A stretch of DNA of 64,000 nucleotides from an uncultured virus (IMG/VR IMGVR_UViG_3300024177_000002) (IMGVR_UViG_3300024177_000002), one strand, 5' to 3'; shown: positions 49,424 through 58,863, numbered from the stretch's first letter. The notes: generated by a model from the sequence alone, not told the origin. Translations and numbers: made by a program.

Positions 49424-49671
49424 ACAATACCGGAAGCGTTTCCGAAGTGCAAGAATTATTTCGATTTATTTTTCAGCCGGGCAATTAGCGCCAGTTTTGC
49501 GGCAGACTGCCGTTGCGCCAGTGCCGCCGGTGTCATTGTCTTTTTTACGCCATCGCCAAGCTTGCCAAGTGCAACCGCTGCGGGATTTTTTCGTTTCATT
49601 CGCACCATCGTAAACGCTTCCGAAAATAGTTCAAGATTTTTCTTGTGTTACGAAAACGCTTCCGGTAGATT
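49424..49671. promoter_or_regulatory. three promoters sharing the operator CGGAAGCGTTT
   Basis: (-) TTGCAC-17-TATTGT 49452-49424; (-) TTGAAC-16-TACGAT 49634-49607; (+) TTGTGT-17-TAGATT 49643-49671; the 11-mer lies within or almost entirely within each spacer. Confidence 0.72.
49456..49599 (-). CDS. 47-aa basic protein (KNPAAVALG family)
   Basis: MKRKNPAAVALGKLGDGVKKTMTPAALAQRQSAAK... Confidence 0.7.
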   Translation of the reverse strand: MKRKNPAAVALGKLGDGVKKTMTPAALAQRQSAAKLALIARLKNKSK

Positions 49672-49707
49672 GCTCGCACAGTTAAACAATCAACCAAGTT
49701 CAAAAAT

Positions 49708-50181
49708 ATGAAAAAAGACCTGACCCCAGAAATGATTGCCAAGCGTGATGCTCGCCGGGCAAAGTTTAGAACTCTTTGCAAAACCGTTGCGGACTTGCAA
49801 CCGCTACAGCGTGACGCGCTCGCCGCCAAGATGCTCGGCGCGATAACTTGTGAAGGCCGGCAACTGTCAATTCACAATCTTTGCCTGATTGCGTACCAAA
49901 TGCCAACAGCAACCATTGTCGGCGGGTTTCGTCAGTGGATTAAAGTTGGCCGTGCTGTCAAAAAAGGCGAGCATGGTCTAATGATCTGGGTGCCGAAAAT
50001 GATCGGCAAGACGACCACTGTTGAAAATGACGGCAGCGAGACGAAAGACGGCGAGAAATGCGGTTTCCTGATTGGAACTGTCTTTGACATTTCGCAAACT
50101 CAAGAAATCGAAACGGCGCAACCGATTGTCGACTTGCCTGCAATTCAAGTTTCACCCGCAATGGAATTGGAGGTCGCGTGA
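49708..50181 (+). CDS. ArdC-like N-terminal ssDNA-binding (antirestriction) domain protein
   Basis: SIHNLCLIAYQMPTAT.VGGFRQW..VGRAVKKGEHG..IWVP...VFDISQT. Confidence 0.85.
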   Translation: MKKDLTPEMIAKRDARRAKFRTLCKTVADLQPLQRDALAAKMLGAITCEGRQLSIHNLCLIAYQMPTATIVGGFRQWIKVGRAVKKGEHGLMIWVPKMIGKTTTVENDGSETKDGEKCGFLIGTVFDISQTQEIETAQPIVDLPAIQVSPAMELEVA

Positions 50182-50378
50182 AATACAAAATCGAAGTTCA
50201 TGCGCAAGGTTATGACGATTTAGCGGTGATCGTCGAAGTGCCGTCACTGGCTAAAGCCAAGCAACAGGAACGCGCTGCAAAAGTCGCTTGGTGCGATCAC
50301 AACGCCATTGACGTTGACACTGATTTTGAAATGCCGTTTACACGGATCACCAAAGTCTAAATCACCGCTTCCTTTCAC

Positions 50379-50402
50379 GCCCGGCCTAACTGCCGGGCTT
50401 TT
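50379..50402 (+). terminator. rho-independent terminator
   Basis: GCCCGGC-CTAACT-GCCGGGC-TTTT. Confidence 0.8.
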
Positions 50403-50660
50403 CATTTCCACCCCATGTCACGGTGCCGGCCACGTCCTGAAAGCTCGCCATAAACCAACGTCGTAACAAATTTCCAGCCGCAAACCACCGTAAAAGGCGA
50501 TTTAAGCCGTTCTGACAGTTTTCAGCCTCAACACCGAGCCAGCCGATCAAAGCGGCTTAAATCCTATCCCGGCGAAGCCTGCTGCCCATCGCGGTTCAAG
50601 GGCTGATTCACTTTCCGCTTGACGAATCATAAGTAACTTGCTTATGTTAATCACCATTGA

Positions 50661-51014
50661 ATGAATACCGTTCGCCTCGTGAACAATTATATCCCTGGCA
50701 GGAAACCGCCTGGACCAATCTCAAAAACCTTTCAAATTGCCCAAACGCTTGAATTGCAAGCCAACATGAGGGAACGCGCTCTTGACCCAGCAACGAAGCC
50801 GATTCAAGCCGCTGCTTGTGCGCGTATGGTCAAGGAACTAGCCTTGGCATTGCTTATCCTGCGCGGAATCGGCGTTCCTGCGCCAGTTCAGCCCGAATCC
50901 AAGTCTCGTCAATCCAGCCGCAGCGCACGCCTAAGCCGATCCGAGCCTGAGGTTGAAAGGGTGGTTGAGGCGGTGGTTAAGTCTGGTCCTGAGACGGCGA
51001 AGCCTCAAAGTTGA
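50661..51014 (+). CDS. hypothetical protein (possible small terminase-like protein)
   Basis: Isolated 117-aa ORF with its own TTGACG promoter next to the putative genome end; function inferred from position only. Confidence 0.5.
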   Translation: MNTVRLVNNYIPGRKPPGPISKTFQIAQTLELQANMRERALDPATKPIQAAACARMVKELALALLILRGIGVPAPVQPESKSRQSSRSARLSRSEPEVERVVEAVVKSGPETAKPQS

Positions 51015-51435
51015 TTCTCAGTCAACTGCCCTGCCTGATTTCATTCAATAGAATCAAGGGTTTTGTGACTGCGCCTTAGCCATTGCATACTCGAATGACA
51101 TACCCAAGGGGTATAATCAATTTCTTTCCACGATTGATCCAGCGCCACGCTCCCGGCCTGGCTGGCGTCCTGAGATGGTGCTCGCCGGGCTAATCCGCAG
51201 CCGAGACGAGGCAAGAATTCTTTTTTCTCAGGGCCAGCCAGCGCAGACGGGGGTGGAGGGCCTTCCTGACGGCACGGCTGTTCGTAGATAGGGGCCTTGT
51301 GAGAAAACCCATTTTTTGGGAAACTTTTTCCTTATCCAGGAATTAGCCAAACCCAGCCTCAAGGCAGAAAGCCTCAGTCTAAGCCTCAAGTTTATTTATT
51401 CCTTTGATTTCGCAATACTCTCAGAACAAAGAAGC

Positions 51436-51753
51436 CTATTCCTGTGCGTCGTCAGGTTCATTGGATTGGTAGGGGCGAACAAGCCAGAGTGGGCAAGTGA
51501 GGACGGTGCAGTTGGTGATTTCAATTCTTTGCCAGCAGGAGCAGTCGAGGCATTTCGCTTTGATACAGGCTGTCTTGGAAGTTCCCAGGTAAGCTTTTCG
51601 GGTGACGTTGAGATATTGCGGGGTGTTAGCCTGGATTTTGTTGAGGCGTTGCTGGACGCGAGGATGGAAGGATTCATCGGGATCGGCGACGGGTTTGATT
51701 TGCTTGGAGGCTTTGCGGCCAGCTTGAAGTTTGGCAATGTGTTCCGGGGTCAT
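51436..51753 (-). CDS. Cys-motif phage protein
   Basis: IKAKCLDCSC...CTVLTCPLW..RP. Confidence 0.65.
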   Translation of the reverse strand: MTPEHIAKLQAGRKASKQIKPVADPDESFHPRVQQRLNKIQANTPQYLNVTRKAYLGTSKTACIKAKCLDCSCWQRIEITNCTVLTCPLWLVRPYQSNEPDDAQE

Positions 51754-51757
51754 AGGA

Positions 51758-51970
51758 TTAAGCAATTTTTTGAAACTGAGTGTTGAAATCTGAGACTGGT
51801 CCGAGCCATGAGTAGCCTCCGAATTTAGGATTGATTGGATCGTCTTTGCCCTGAGGAATGGACCAGGTGGTAACGATTTTTTCTTCAAAGGAAGTGATGA
51901 AGTGGACGTGGCCATAGCCCGGACCTTGGCCGACGTAACGGAAACGAGAACGGGAGTGATCTTGAGACAT
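51758..51970 (-). CDS. hypothetical protein
   Basis: MSQDHSRSRF..., first gene after the structured leader. Confidence 0.5.
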   Translation of the reverse strand: MSQDHSRSRFRYVGQGPGYGHVHFITSFEEKIVTTWSIPQGKDDPINPKFGGYSWLGPVSDFNTQFQKIA

Positions 51971-52252
51971 AATGGTTTTAATCAAAGCCCACTGTCCGTG
52001 ATGAACCCGAAGCCTTGGTTAAGGCAATGGCACGGACAGGGGCAAAAGTGAGAGACGGGTTCATGGCTCAAACCATACCTCAACCCGATTTGGATGGCAA
52101 GGGATTTTCTTTATGGGTGACCTTGGTGTGCTGAAATTGGGAAGAAACAACATAGCCCAAGCCGGACAGGAAATGTGAAAGACGATCATCAAAGATAATA
52201 GTTCTTCTCTACGGGTTATTGGGCTTTTTGGCAATTTTTGGATTTTTGGATA

Positions 52253-52321
52253 GAACCTGGGGTTCATCTCAAGAGAACCTGGGGTTCAACCTGGGGTTCT
52301 ATGCGATAGAACCTGGGGTTC
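52253..52321. repeat. four direct repeats of quasi-palindromic (G)AACCTGGGGTTC
   Basis: Copies at 52253, 52275, 52288 and 52309. Confidence 0.9.
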
Positions 52322-52566
52322 TCGAATTTGAATAAATGCCAATGAATCCATGGTTTTAAGTTGTAAATCGTAGTCGAGGACTCAAGTTACAAACAAAGTA
52401 GTTTTTCGTATCAACGACTTACGAATGTTGTTGACAGCGAAAATGGGATGATTTAGGGTTGGATTGTGAACAGTGCAGTCCAATTTACCGCCCTCTTATT
52501 CGCCGGTCTATGCGCTGTTCACACTTCGTTTGGCTGCGGGTTTGAGGGTGGTTTCTTTGGATTGCC

Positions 52567-52899
52567 ATGACTGGCCGAGAATCGCCAATGCCGCTCTTTG
52601 TGAAAAAGTATCTGAGCGCCACGGTGGGGCTGGATAATTCGGAGCATGGTGCCTACATGCTGTCTCTGATGAAATATTGGGTTAAAGGCGGCGCATTGAC
52701 GACAGAGGAATTGAAAGAGGCTTGCGGTCGAGAATTTGATCAGGTTAAGCGATTCTTTGTTTTCGACAGCGGCCTTTGGAATAACGAGCAATCAGACAAA
52801 CAATTGAAGCTGGCTTGGGCGAGAGAAAAATCAGCGAGAGAAAAAGCGATGAAGGGCGTGGAAGCTAGAAGGCGAAATGGATCGTTGCCGCCAAAATGA
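52567..52899 (+). CDS. DUF1376/YdaU-family protein (short form)
   Basis: MPLFVKKYLSATVGLDNSEHGAYMLSLMKYW..GG.L. Confidence 0.78.
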   Translation: MTGRESPMPLFVKKYLSATVGLDNSEHGAYMLSLMKYWVKGGALTTEELKEACGREFDQVKRFFVFDSGLWNNEQSDKQLKLAWAREKSAREKAMKGVEARRRNGSLPPK

Positions 52900-53541
52900 A
52901 AACCTGGAACATCCAACCCGCATTCAAGATTCCGCGTGGCTACCGGAAAACCTTCATTCTTGGCTGCGGCGGGATGATGCATCGGATTCGGGTTGCTCGA
53001 AAACATGGATTGAGAATGGACTGTGCCGGCCCGACCGATTCTGATGATGGAACCTCAATGTCGCGCAGTCTTGATTGGATTCAGGAAACGATTGAAGGTG
53101 TGCGATGGGAATGCGAACAAATTACCGTGGAAACTGAATGACCATCACCGAAAAACTCGCCAAGCTCGATGCTGATGAAACAGCCGTCCGCGCCAAGTTC
53201 AATCCCGACCTGGACTCGGACAAGGTTAACTACGTTTATCCTGCTGGTGTGAGCGCCAGCGAAATTATCACCCGCCGCGTAAATGCCGACCCGATCACGC
53301 AACGCGACAAGCGAACCGTGTATGACAAGTGGAAAGTGATTTTGAAATGAACCGCAGCACTGCGTTTGTTCTGGACAAATTCCCGTGGGACAAAGGATAC
53401 ACAATCCGAATTGTCATTCCAGGAATTGACGACGGAAGCGCGGTTTGGCTGGAGCATGTCACAGACCTAAAAACGAAATACGAAGCTGAAAGATTACTGG
53501 ATCGAATTATGGCTGAACTTCGTAATGTTGAACGTGAATAA
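52896..53541 (+). CDS. three short hypothetical genes (52896-53141, 53138-53350, 53347-53541)
   Basis: ATGA-coupled ORFs. Confidence 0.55.
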
Positions 53542-53719
53542 ATATGGACTGGCTGTTTGAATCGCTTGAAACGGCAAGTAAAGAATGCGCTCAGATCGCC
53601 GGAGAGGGGGAATGATTTTCACTGCCGATTCAGCCACGGTCTGACGACGAACCAGAAGATAATGGCGCCGAGACTGGCTCCGACCAGGTTGGCCAGCAGG
53701 AAGGTTTCGAGAGTGGCGA

Positions 53720-54547
53720 TCATTTAGGCGACGGCTTGCTTCCGTAATCAATACAACGCTCATGCCAGAGTTGATTTCCGCTCCAATTCCCAACAGCAGA
53801 TTCATTGTAACGAAATCGTTTGCCGCATTTCTGACAACGCACGGCAATTAATCGCCACAGTCTTTGAAAGGCTGGAACCTTGATTTGCCAATGATGAATA
53901 TGCCAACGCGGATGCTTCCACCAAGGCCGTTCCTTGCGCAGAATCCATCCGTAGATGCAAGACGCAGTTGATTGAATGCGCTCGTCTCTGGCGCGTTTCG
54001 TGTATGGCTCATTGCATCCGATGGCAAACTTGCGCGTAAGTCCGTCGAATAGCGAGTCAGTCGGATTCTCAGCAAACAGCATTATGTCCAGCAGATGCCT
54101 CTTGAGGAATTTCTTAGCGCGCCTCCAGTTGGTTCGTCCATCGGATTTGAAAACCTCAATAGCGGCGATGAAGAACAGGTTCAGGACGACGGCTTGAACT
54201 GAAAAATGAGGCTGCCCGTCAGGTTTGAATAAGCCACAATGATAAACCTTAACCTCGTAAGGGCCGTCATCAGGATCGTGTTCTTCTTGGCTGGGAATGA
54301 ACACGCGATCCCAATCTTCCTCGAATCGTTTGGCAATCTTTGCAAGAACAGCCTTGTTGCCATGATGTGCCCGCATAAACCAGCCGCAGGAATCGTCCCT
54401 ACCCGGACCTTTGCACGGGTCAACGTGCCAGATGTAAGCGAGCGCATAGGACGCCCATTCAAGGTCTGGATGTGATGGGCCGAAACGTAGTCGTTTCCAC
54501 GGCAGCGGTATTTTGATTTCCCAGGCTAAGGTTTCAGGACTGTGCAT
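53720..54547 (-). CDS. hypothetical phage protein
   Basis: 275 aa; IWHVDP...DDSCGW, RPWWKHPRWHIHHW, CQKCGK. Confidence 0.7.
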   Translation of the reverse strand: MHSPETLAWEIKIPLPWKRLRFGPSHPDLEWASYALAYIWHVDPCKGPGRDDSCGWFMRAHHGNKAVLAKIAKRFEEDWDRVFIPSQEEHDPDDGPYEVKVYHCGLFKPDGQPHFSVQAVVLNLFFIAAIEVFKSDGRTNWRRAKKFLKRHLLDIMLFAENPTDSLFDGLTRKFAIGCNEPYTKRARDERIQSTASCIYGWILRKERPWWKHPRWHIHHWQIKVPAFQRLWRLIAVRCQKCGKRFRYNESAVGNWSGNQLWHERCIDYGSKPSPK

Positions 54548-54550
54548 AGG

Positions 54551-56251
54551 TTATATTTCCTTTTGATATCCGCGTCTTTGCAACTCAAATTCCTTTCGCT
54601 CATGTTCCGGGTCTGAAAAGCTCTGGCCTTCATTGTAAAATCCGTCGCCCATGTAATCGTATTGAACGTTTGTGCAAGCACCCATCCATTTCGGATATTC
54701 ATCAATGCACTCAGGCGGCGGCGGAAAGAATTTAAGATGGCCGATTCTGCACTTAGGACATTTCATACAGGCATTCCATTATCATCCACGTAAAGTATGA
54801 AGTGGCGCTTCGCTTTAACCCGCGCGATTGGCCCAAGATCAATTCTAGGAGCTTCGGCATGTTCAGGCCACCATGCGTAATGCAGATCGCGATTTTTGTC
54901 AGAACAGGGAATTAATTCGCACGGTCTGAATTCGCACTTGAATGGATTTGAGCCTGAGATTCGCAGAAAGCTGTGACCGGTCCAGCCGTATCCCATGCGC
55001 AAGCCGCGAATCATCATGCCTAAAGTTGGGCCGTTGTTTCTCAAGGCGAGCATAATTAAGACACGGAGGCAGCGCGTCGTAATGTTTCTTTGACGGCAGA
55101 ATCTTTGTCGGTGATTTTGATTGGAGGAGATTCGTCTGCGCGCTCAAATGGACGTTTGGATTCAAACATTCTCATGGACGCCCCGCCGGGAGATTGAGAG
55201 TTATCGCATTTAGGGCATCCAGCTATGAACTGATTCTGGAAAAAGTCATTGCTTTTAGGGAATTCCGAATCAGGTCCGATGTAACCGCATTTGTTGCATT
55301 TGATGTTCATAACCCGGCGCTTGCCGTTGAATTTGAATCAACTTTTGTCACGGTTCAACCAAGTCGCTTTCCATTTTCAGATTTGGATTCTGAGCGTGCC
55401 ATTTCTGTCCGTGTTCCTCGCAAGCGAATTGGAATGTGAGCGGCCCAGTAAAACATTTATACGCGACGGCTTTCTTGCAAGATTTAGGCTTCTTCCATCG
55501 ACTCGCAATCGGGAATATTTTCCACTGGCATTTTGGTTTCATAAATTAGCGAGCGCAACGGGAGTCGAACCCGCTTTCAATTTACCAAGGTTATGAGCCA
55601 AGGGTTTGCGACCCTGTTTTTGAATTACCATGGCTTCAAAAAATGATCGGTGACTGTCCATTCACTATTGCGCTCAAATCGAGGCTGGTGGGCACGCCGG
55701 CCCTTGTTTCTGAGAATTCGCACGCCGTATGATTTCACGCCCGATAAGATGGGCAGATTCTTGCCCCTTGTCCGAATCATCGGATTTTGCGAGTCGATAT
55801 GCTGCCTCAAGTTCCGGCGTCGGCAGGCATCGCAGCAACGCGATTGCTCCCGCGTGAGCGCGATTACCAATCCAGTCCATCCCTTCGGTATCGTCATTAG
55901 CCACCTGCCGCTCACCTGTTGCCACCGCTCTAATATCATTCAGAGTTGTCACCGCCGAACAAATTGGCGCAGCTAACGAAGATAAGTCGCGGGGTTTTGG
56001 TTTAGTGTTCATCACTTCGCCTCACACACCGTCGCCGTTTTCGCTTCGGTGTCGATTTCGCGGTTCTTTAAAGACAGAGACACTTCCTTAAAACCTTCAG
56101 TTATTTTTGACATGCGTTTGGCGTTGTGTTCCCAGCACCAAAAAGGACTCCACCATGTCCCGGCGGGTTTATCACAATCGCGCTCAACGCATACTTTCCC
56201 GGTGTGATAAAGCGAGCTATTAAATGGGCTATCAGGATTTTCGTATTGCAT
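54551..56251 (-). CDS. leftward run of small, mostly Cys-rich hypothetical genes (54551-54766, 54763-55053, 55056-55310, 55348-55542, 55674-56015, 56012-56251)
   Basis: Tandem ORFs with CxxC motifs. Confidence 0.55.
55548..55620 (-). pseudogene. degenerate tRNA-like element with CAT anticodon loop
   Basis: Loop CTCATAA and T-arm GCGGG-TTCGACT-CCCGT; anticodon stem has mismatches and no acceptor stem can be formed. Confidence 0.4.
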
Positions 56252-56318
56252 CATTTCGCCGCCATCAAACCACGCCTCGAAAACTTTTGCAACAAAAATG
56301 TTGCATTATTTATTTTCC

Positions 56319-56492
56319 ATGCCAGAATTCAAATTCATGGCACAGCCAAGAACCTTTCGAGATGGCAAGCGGATTCCGGTTATGATCTATCTTCGCCCCG
56401 AATTTGACCGCAAGGCCAGGTCGATTTCCAAATCAGAATGCGTTTCCAAAAGCGAAGTTGTGAGGCGCATTGTGGAGAAGGCTTTGAAGTGA
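56319..56492 (+). CDS. ribbon-helix-helix DNA-binding protein
   Basis: PVMIYLRPEFDRKARSISKSECVSKSEVVRRIVEKAL. Confidence 0.65.
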   Translation: MPEFKFMAQPRTFRDGKRIPVMIYLRPEFDRKARSISKSECVSKSEVVRRIVEKALK

Positions 56493-56901
56493 AAGCTTCA
56501 ATCGAGATGATATTGCGTGAATTCATACGCCAATATTTTTGCAAACATAATTGGACGCTGGCTCAATCTTACAGGCATGGCATAATCAGGGAACGTGACG
56601 GCGTAAAAGATGGTGAAGTAACCCTGTTTATTTTTGTTTGCAAGAAGTGCGGGTCAGACAAAATCGTTCCTTGCGACAGAACCAAAGAGTCTAATTTGAA
56701 AATTTTGCCATGATCTACGATCAACTCTACGACGGCGAATGGATTCAGCCAATAATGCGCGGATACAAAATGTGCTGTTGTGGGTGCCGACTAATTCATC
56801 GTCTCCAATTCCGCATCGTCAAAGGCCGTGTCCAGTTCCGAGCCTGGCGCGACAATCGGGCGACGGCGGCGGCGAGACGAAGGAAGGGTTTGGAAAGGCG
56901 A

Positions 56902-57284
56902 TGAACGCTGAACAAACTCAGCGCGCTCGCTTTGAAGCGTGGGTAAGCAGCCCACCGCTTGGATACGACATTAACCGATGGCCGGCTGATCCGCCGCCGT
57001 TCGCAATATCTGGAAATTACGCGGACAATAAAACCCAGCGTGCGTGGGAAATCTGGCAAGAGGCGTCGAAACGCTGGCTCCCAATCTCGACCGCTCCGAA
57101 AGATTCGACCGTGATCGACATTTGGAGCCGACAGCGCGGCAGGCTTGTGAATTACGTGCGCCTGGAGAACAGCTACGGACAGGTCTATTATGGGCCGGTT
57201 GAATACGGCGTGACTGTGGTGAGGGATGCGACGCATTGGATGAGCATACCGGAAGCGCCGGAAGATGAACCGATTTCCAAATAA
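56902..57284 (+). CDS. DUF551-like phage protein
   Basis: WLPISTAPKD...THWMSIPEAP. Confidence 0.7.
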
Positions 57285-57479
57285 AACTGTTGACAGGTGG
57301 ATGGGGTTTGGGCAGGATTGAGGCATTGAAACGGTTGGCGATCAACCGAGAATAATGAAACCAGTCACGATAAACCGAATATCCAGAGAACCTCATCGCT
57401 GCGGCTTTTTCACGCTCTCCCAGAGCGCCTGTTTCGCCGGATCGACAGAAGGTGAGGTTCTTTGGATTTTTGGTGTTTC

Positions 57480-58358
57480 TTGAAATCCCCTGCCTTCCAG
57501 TTCTACCCCACTGATTACCTTGCAAGTCAGAGGGTTCAAATGATGACCCTTGAAGAAGAAGGCGCGTATTGCCGGTTGCTTTGGTCGTGTTGGCAACATG
57601 GCTCCATACCATCTGACCCAGAACTTGCCGCTCGCCTTGTTGGTAAGGGTTGTTCAGCCACCGTTGCAAGGGTGGTTCTGCCAATGTTCGAGGTTCCATG
57701 CGGCGAAGGTAGACTGACCCATGACAGACTTGAACGCGAAAGGGAGAAACAAGCTGAATGGAGGAAAAAATCTTCCGAAGGCGGTAAAAAATCCGCTGAA
57801 ATGAGATCAATTTCCAAGGGTGGTTCAAGGGTGGTTCAAGCACCGTATCAACCAAAGGGCAACATTCCAGTCTCCGTACTCCAGTCTCCTATTCCTGTAC
57901 GTACCAACATAAACGGCGAATCTTCGATTGAAGAAGTCGGCCAACTCATCGAACAACTGGGGTTTACAATTTACAACCGAAATGAAGGACAACATCCAAC
58001 CTACGATGAAGAACACGCCGCACTTGAAATTACCAAACGACCAGATTGGCAATCCGAGAAAGATCAAATACTTGCCTTCGGGAGAATTATTGATCCAAAG
58101 GATCGCAGGTTTGATATGCCTAAAACACTTCTGAAATTACTCACAAATTGGTCATCGGCTCTCGATTCAGCCAGAAATTACAAACCCCATGCAAACAGCC
58201 AAACCTCTAAACCAAATCCTAGAAACATTGGTGTCTGTCGCGCCGGCCCTTCATATGGCGAGGCCGCAAAGCTTAAACAGCAACGGCAAAGCGAAAGAAT
58301 GGGCAACCAAGTGGCTCAGGATTCAAATCAAAAACCACCCGAAGTTGCTGGAACTTGA
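57480..58358 (+). CDS. DUF1376/YdaU-family replication initiator with internal iterons
   Basis: KSPAFQFYPTDYL...MTLEEEGAYCRLL..CW..GSIP; followed by a DnaC-like gene. Confidence 0.85.
   Translation: MKSPAFQFYPTDYLASQRVQMMTLEEEGAYCRLLWSCWQHGSIPSDPELAARLVGKGCSATVARVVLPMFEVPCGEGRLTHDRLEREREKQAEWRKKSSEGGKKSAEMRSISKGGSRVVQAPYQPKGNIPVSVLQSPIPVRTNINGESSIEEVGQLIEQLGFTIYNRNEGQHPTYDEEHAALEITKRPDWQSEKDQILAFGRIIDPKDRRFDMPKTLLKLLTNWSSALDSARNYKPHANSQTSKPNPRNIGVCRAGPSYGEAAKLKQQRQSERMGNQVAQDSNQKPPEVAGT
57645..57840 (+). repeat. iteron-like repeats CAAGGGTGGTTC inside the initiator gene
   Basis: Copies at about 57667, 57815 and 57826, plus variant AAGGGTTGTTC at 57645. Confidence 0.75.
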
Positions 58359-58863
58359 GGCGGCGGGGTGGTGGTTCTGCAATGGCTACATGAAAAATCC
58401 AGCGCGAGGGTTAATGCTTGTCATTATCGGCAATAACGGAGCGGGGAAAAGCTACGTTGCGGACAATATTCATCGCTGGGCCTGCAAGGTTGCATCAGGA
58501 TTAAAAACGGTTCCAATTCCAGATGATGACGGAATAGGTTTCAAGTCGCCCGATGCTTTAATGATTCACTGGCCGACGTTCCTTGATGATTTGAAAGGTG
58601 GGGCCTGGAATAGCATTGTCGATTTGGAACGTGCCTCAATGCTGATTCTGGACGATGTAGGCGCGGCTCACGATCCTACGAAAGTTGGCCTGGATAAGCT
58701 GTGCCGAATTTTGTCGAAGCGGGAACATCGCTGGACGATTGCGACGACAAACCTTATGCCAGAGGCATGGGAGGAAGCTTTTGATAGGCGGGTTGCCAGC
58801 CGGCTTTTCCGAAATGCGGAGCATGTTGATTTTTCGGACGTTCCTGATTTTTGGGTGACATAG
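58189..58863 (+). CDS. DnaC/IstB-like AAA+ helicase loader
   Basis: GNNGAGKS, LILDDVG, TTNL, DRRVASRL. Confidence 0.85.
   Translation: MQTAKPLNQILETLVSVAPALHMARPQSLNSNGKAKEWATKWLRIQIKNHPKLLELEAAGWWFCNGYMKNPARGLMLVIIGNNGAGKSYVADNIHRWACKVASGLKTVPIPDDDGIGFKSPDALMIHWPTFLDDLKGGAWNSIVDLERASMLILDDVGAAHDPTKVGLDKLCRILSKREHRWTIATTNLMPEAWEEAFDRRVASRLFRNAEHVDFSDVPDFWVT

Noticed and set aside
52253..52321. Possible mini CRISPR array
   Set aside because: Repeats are 12-13 bp with 0-9 bp spacers, far too short, and no cas genes are present.
56971..57855. 294-aa minus-strand ORF
   Set aside because: Overlaps two well-supported plus-strand genes and their promoter; no recognisable domain.
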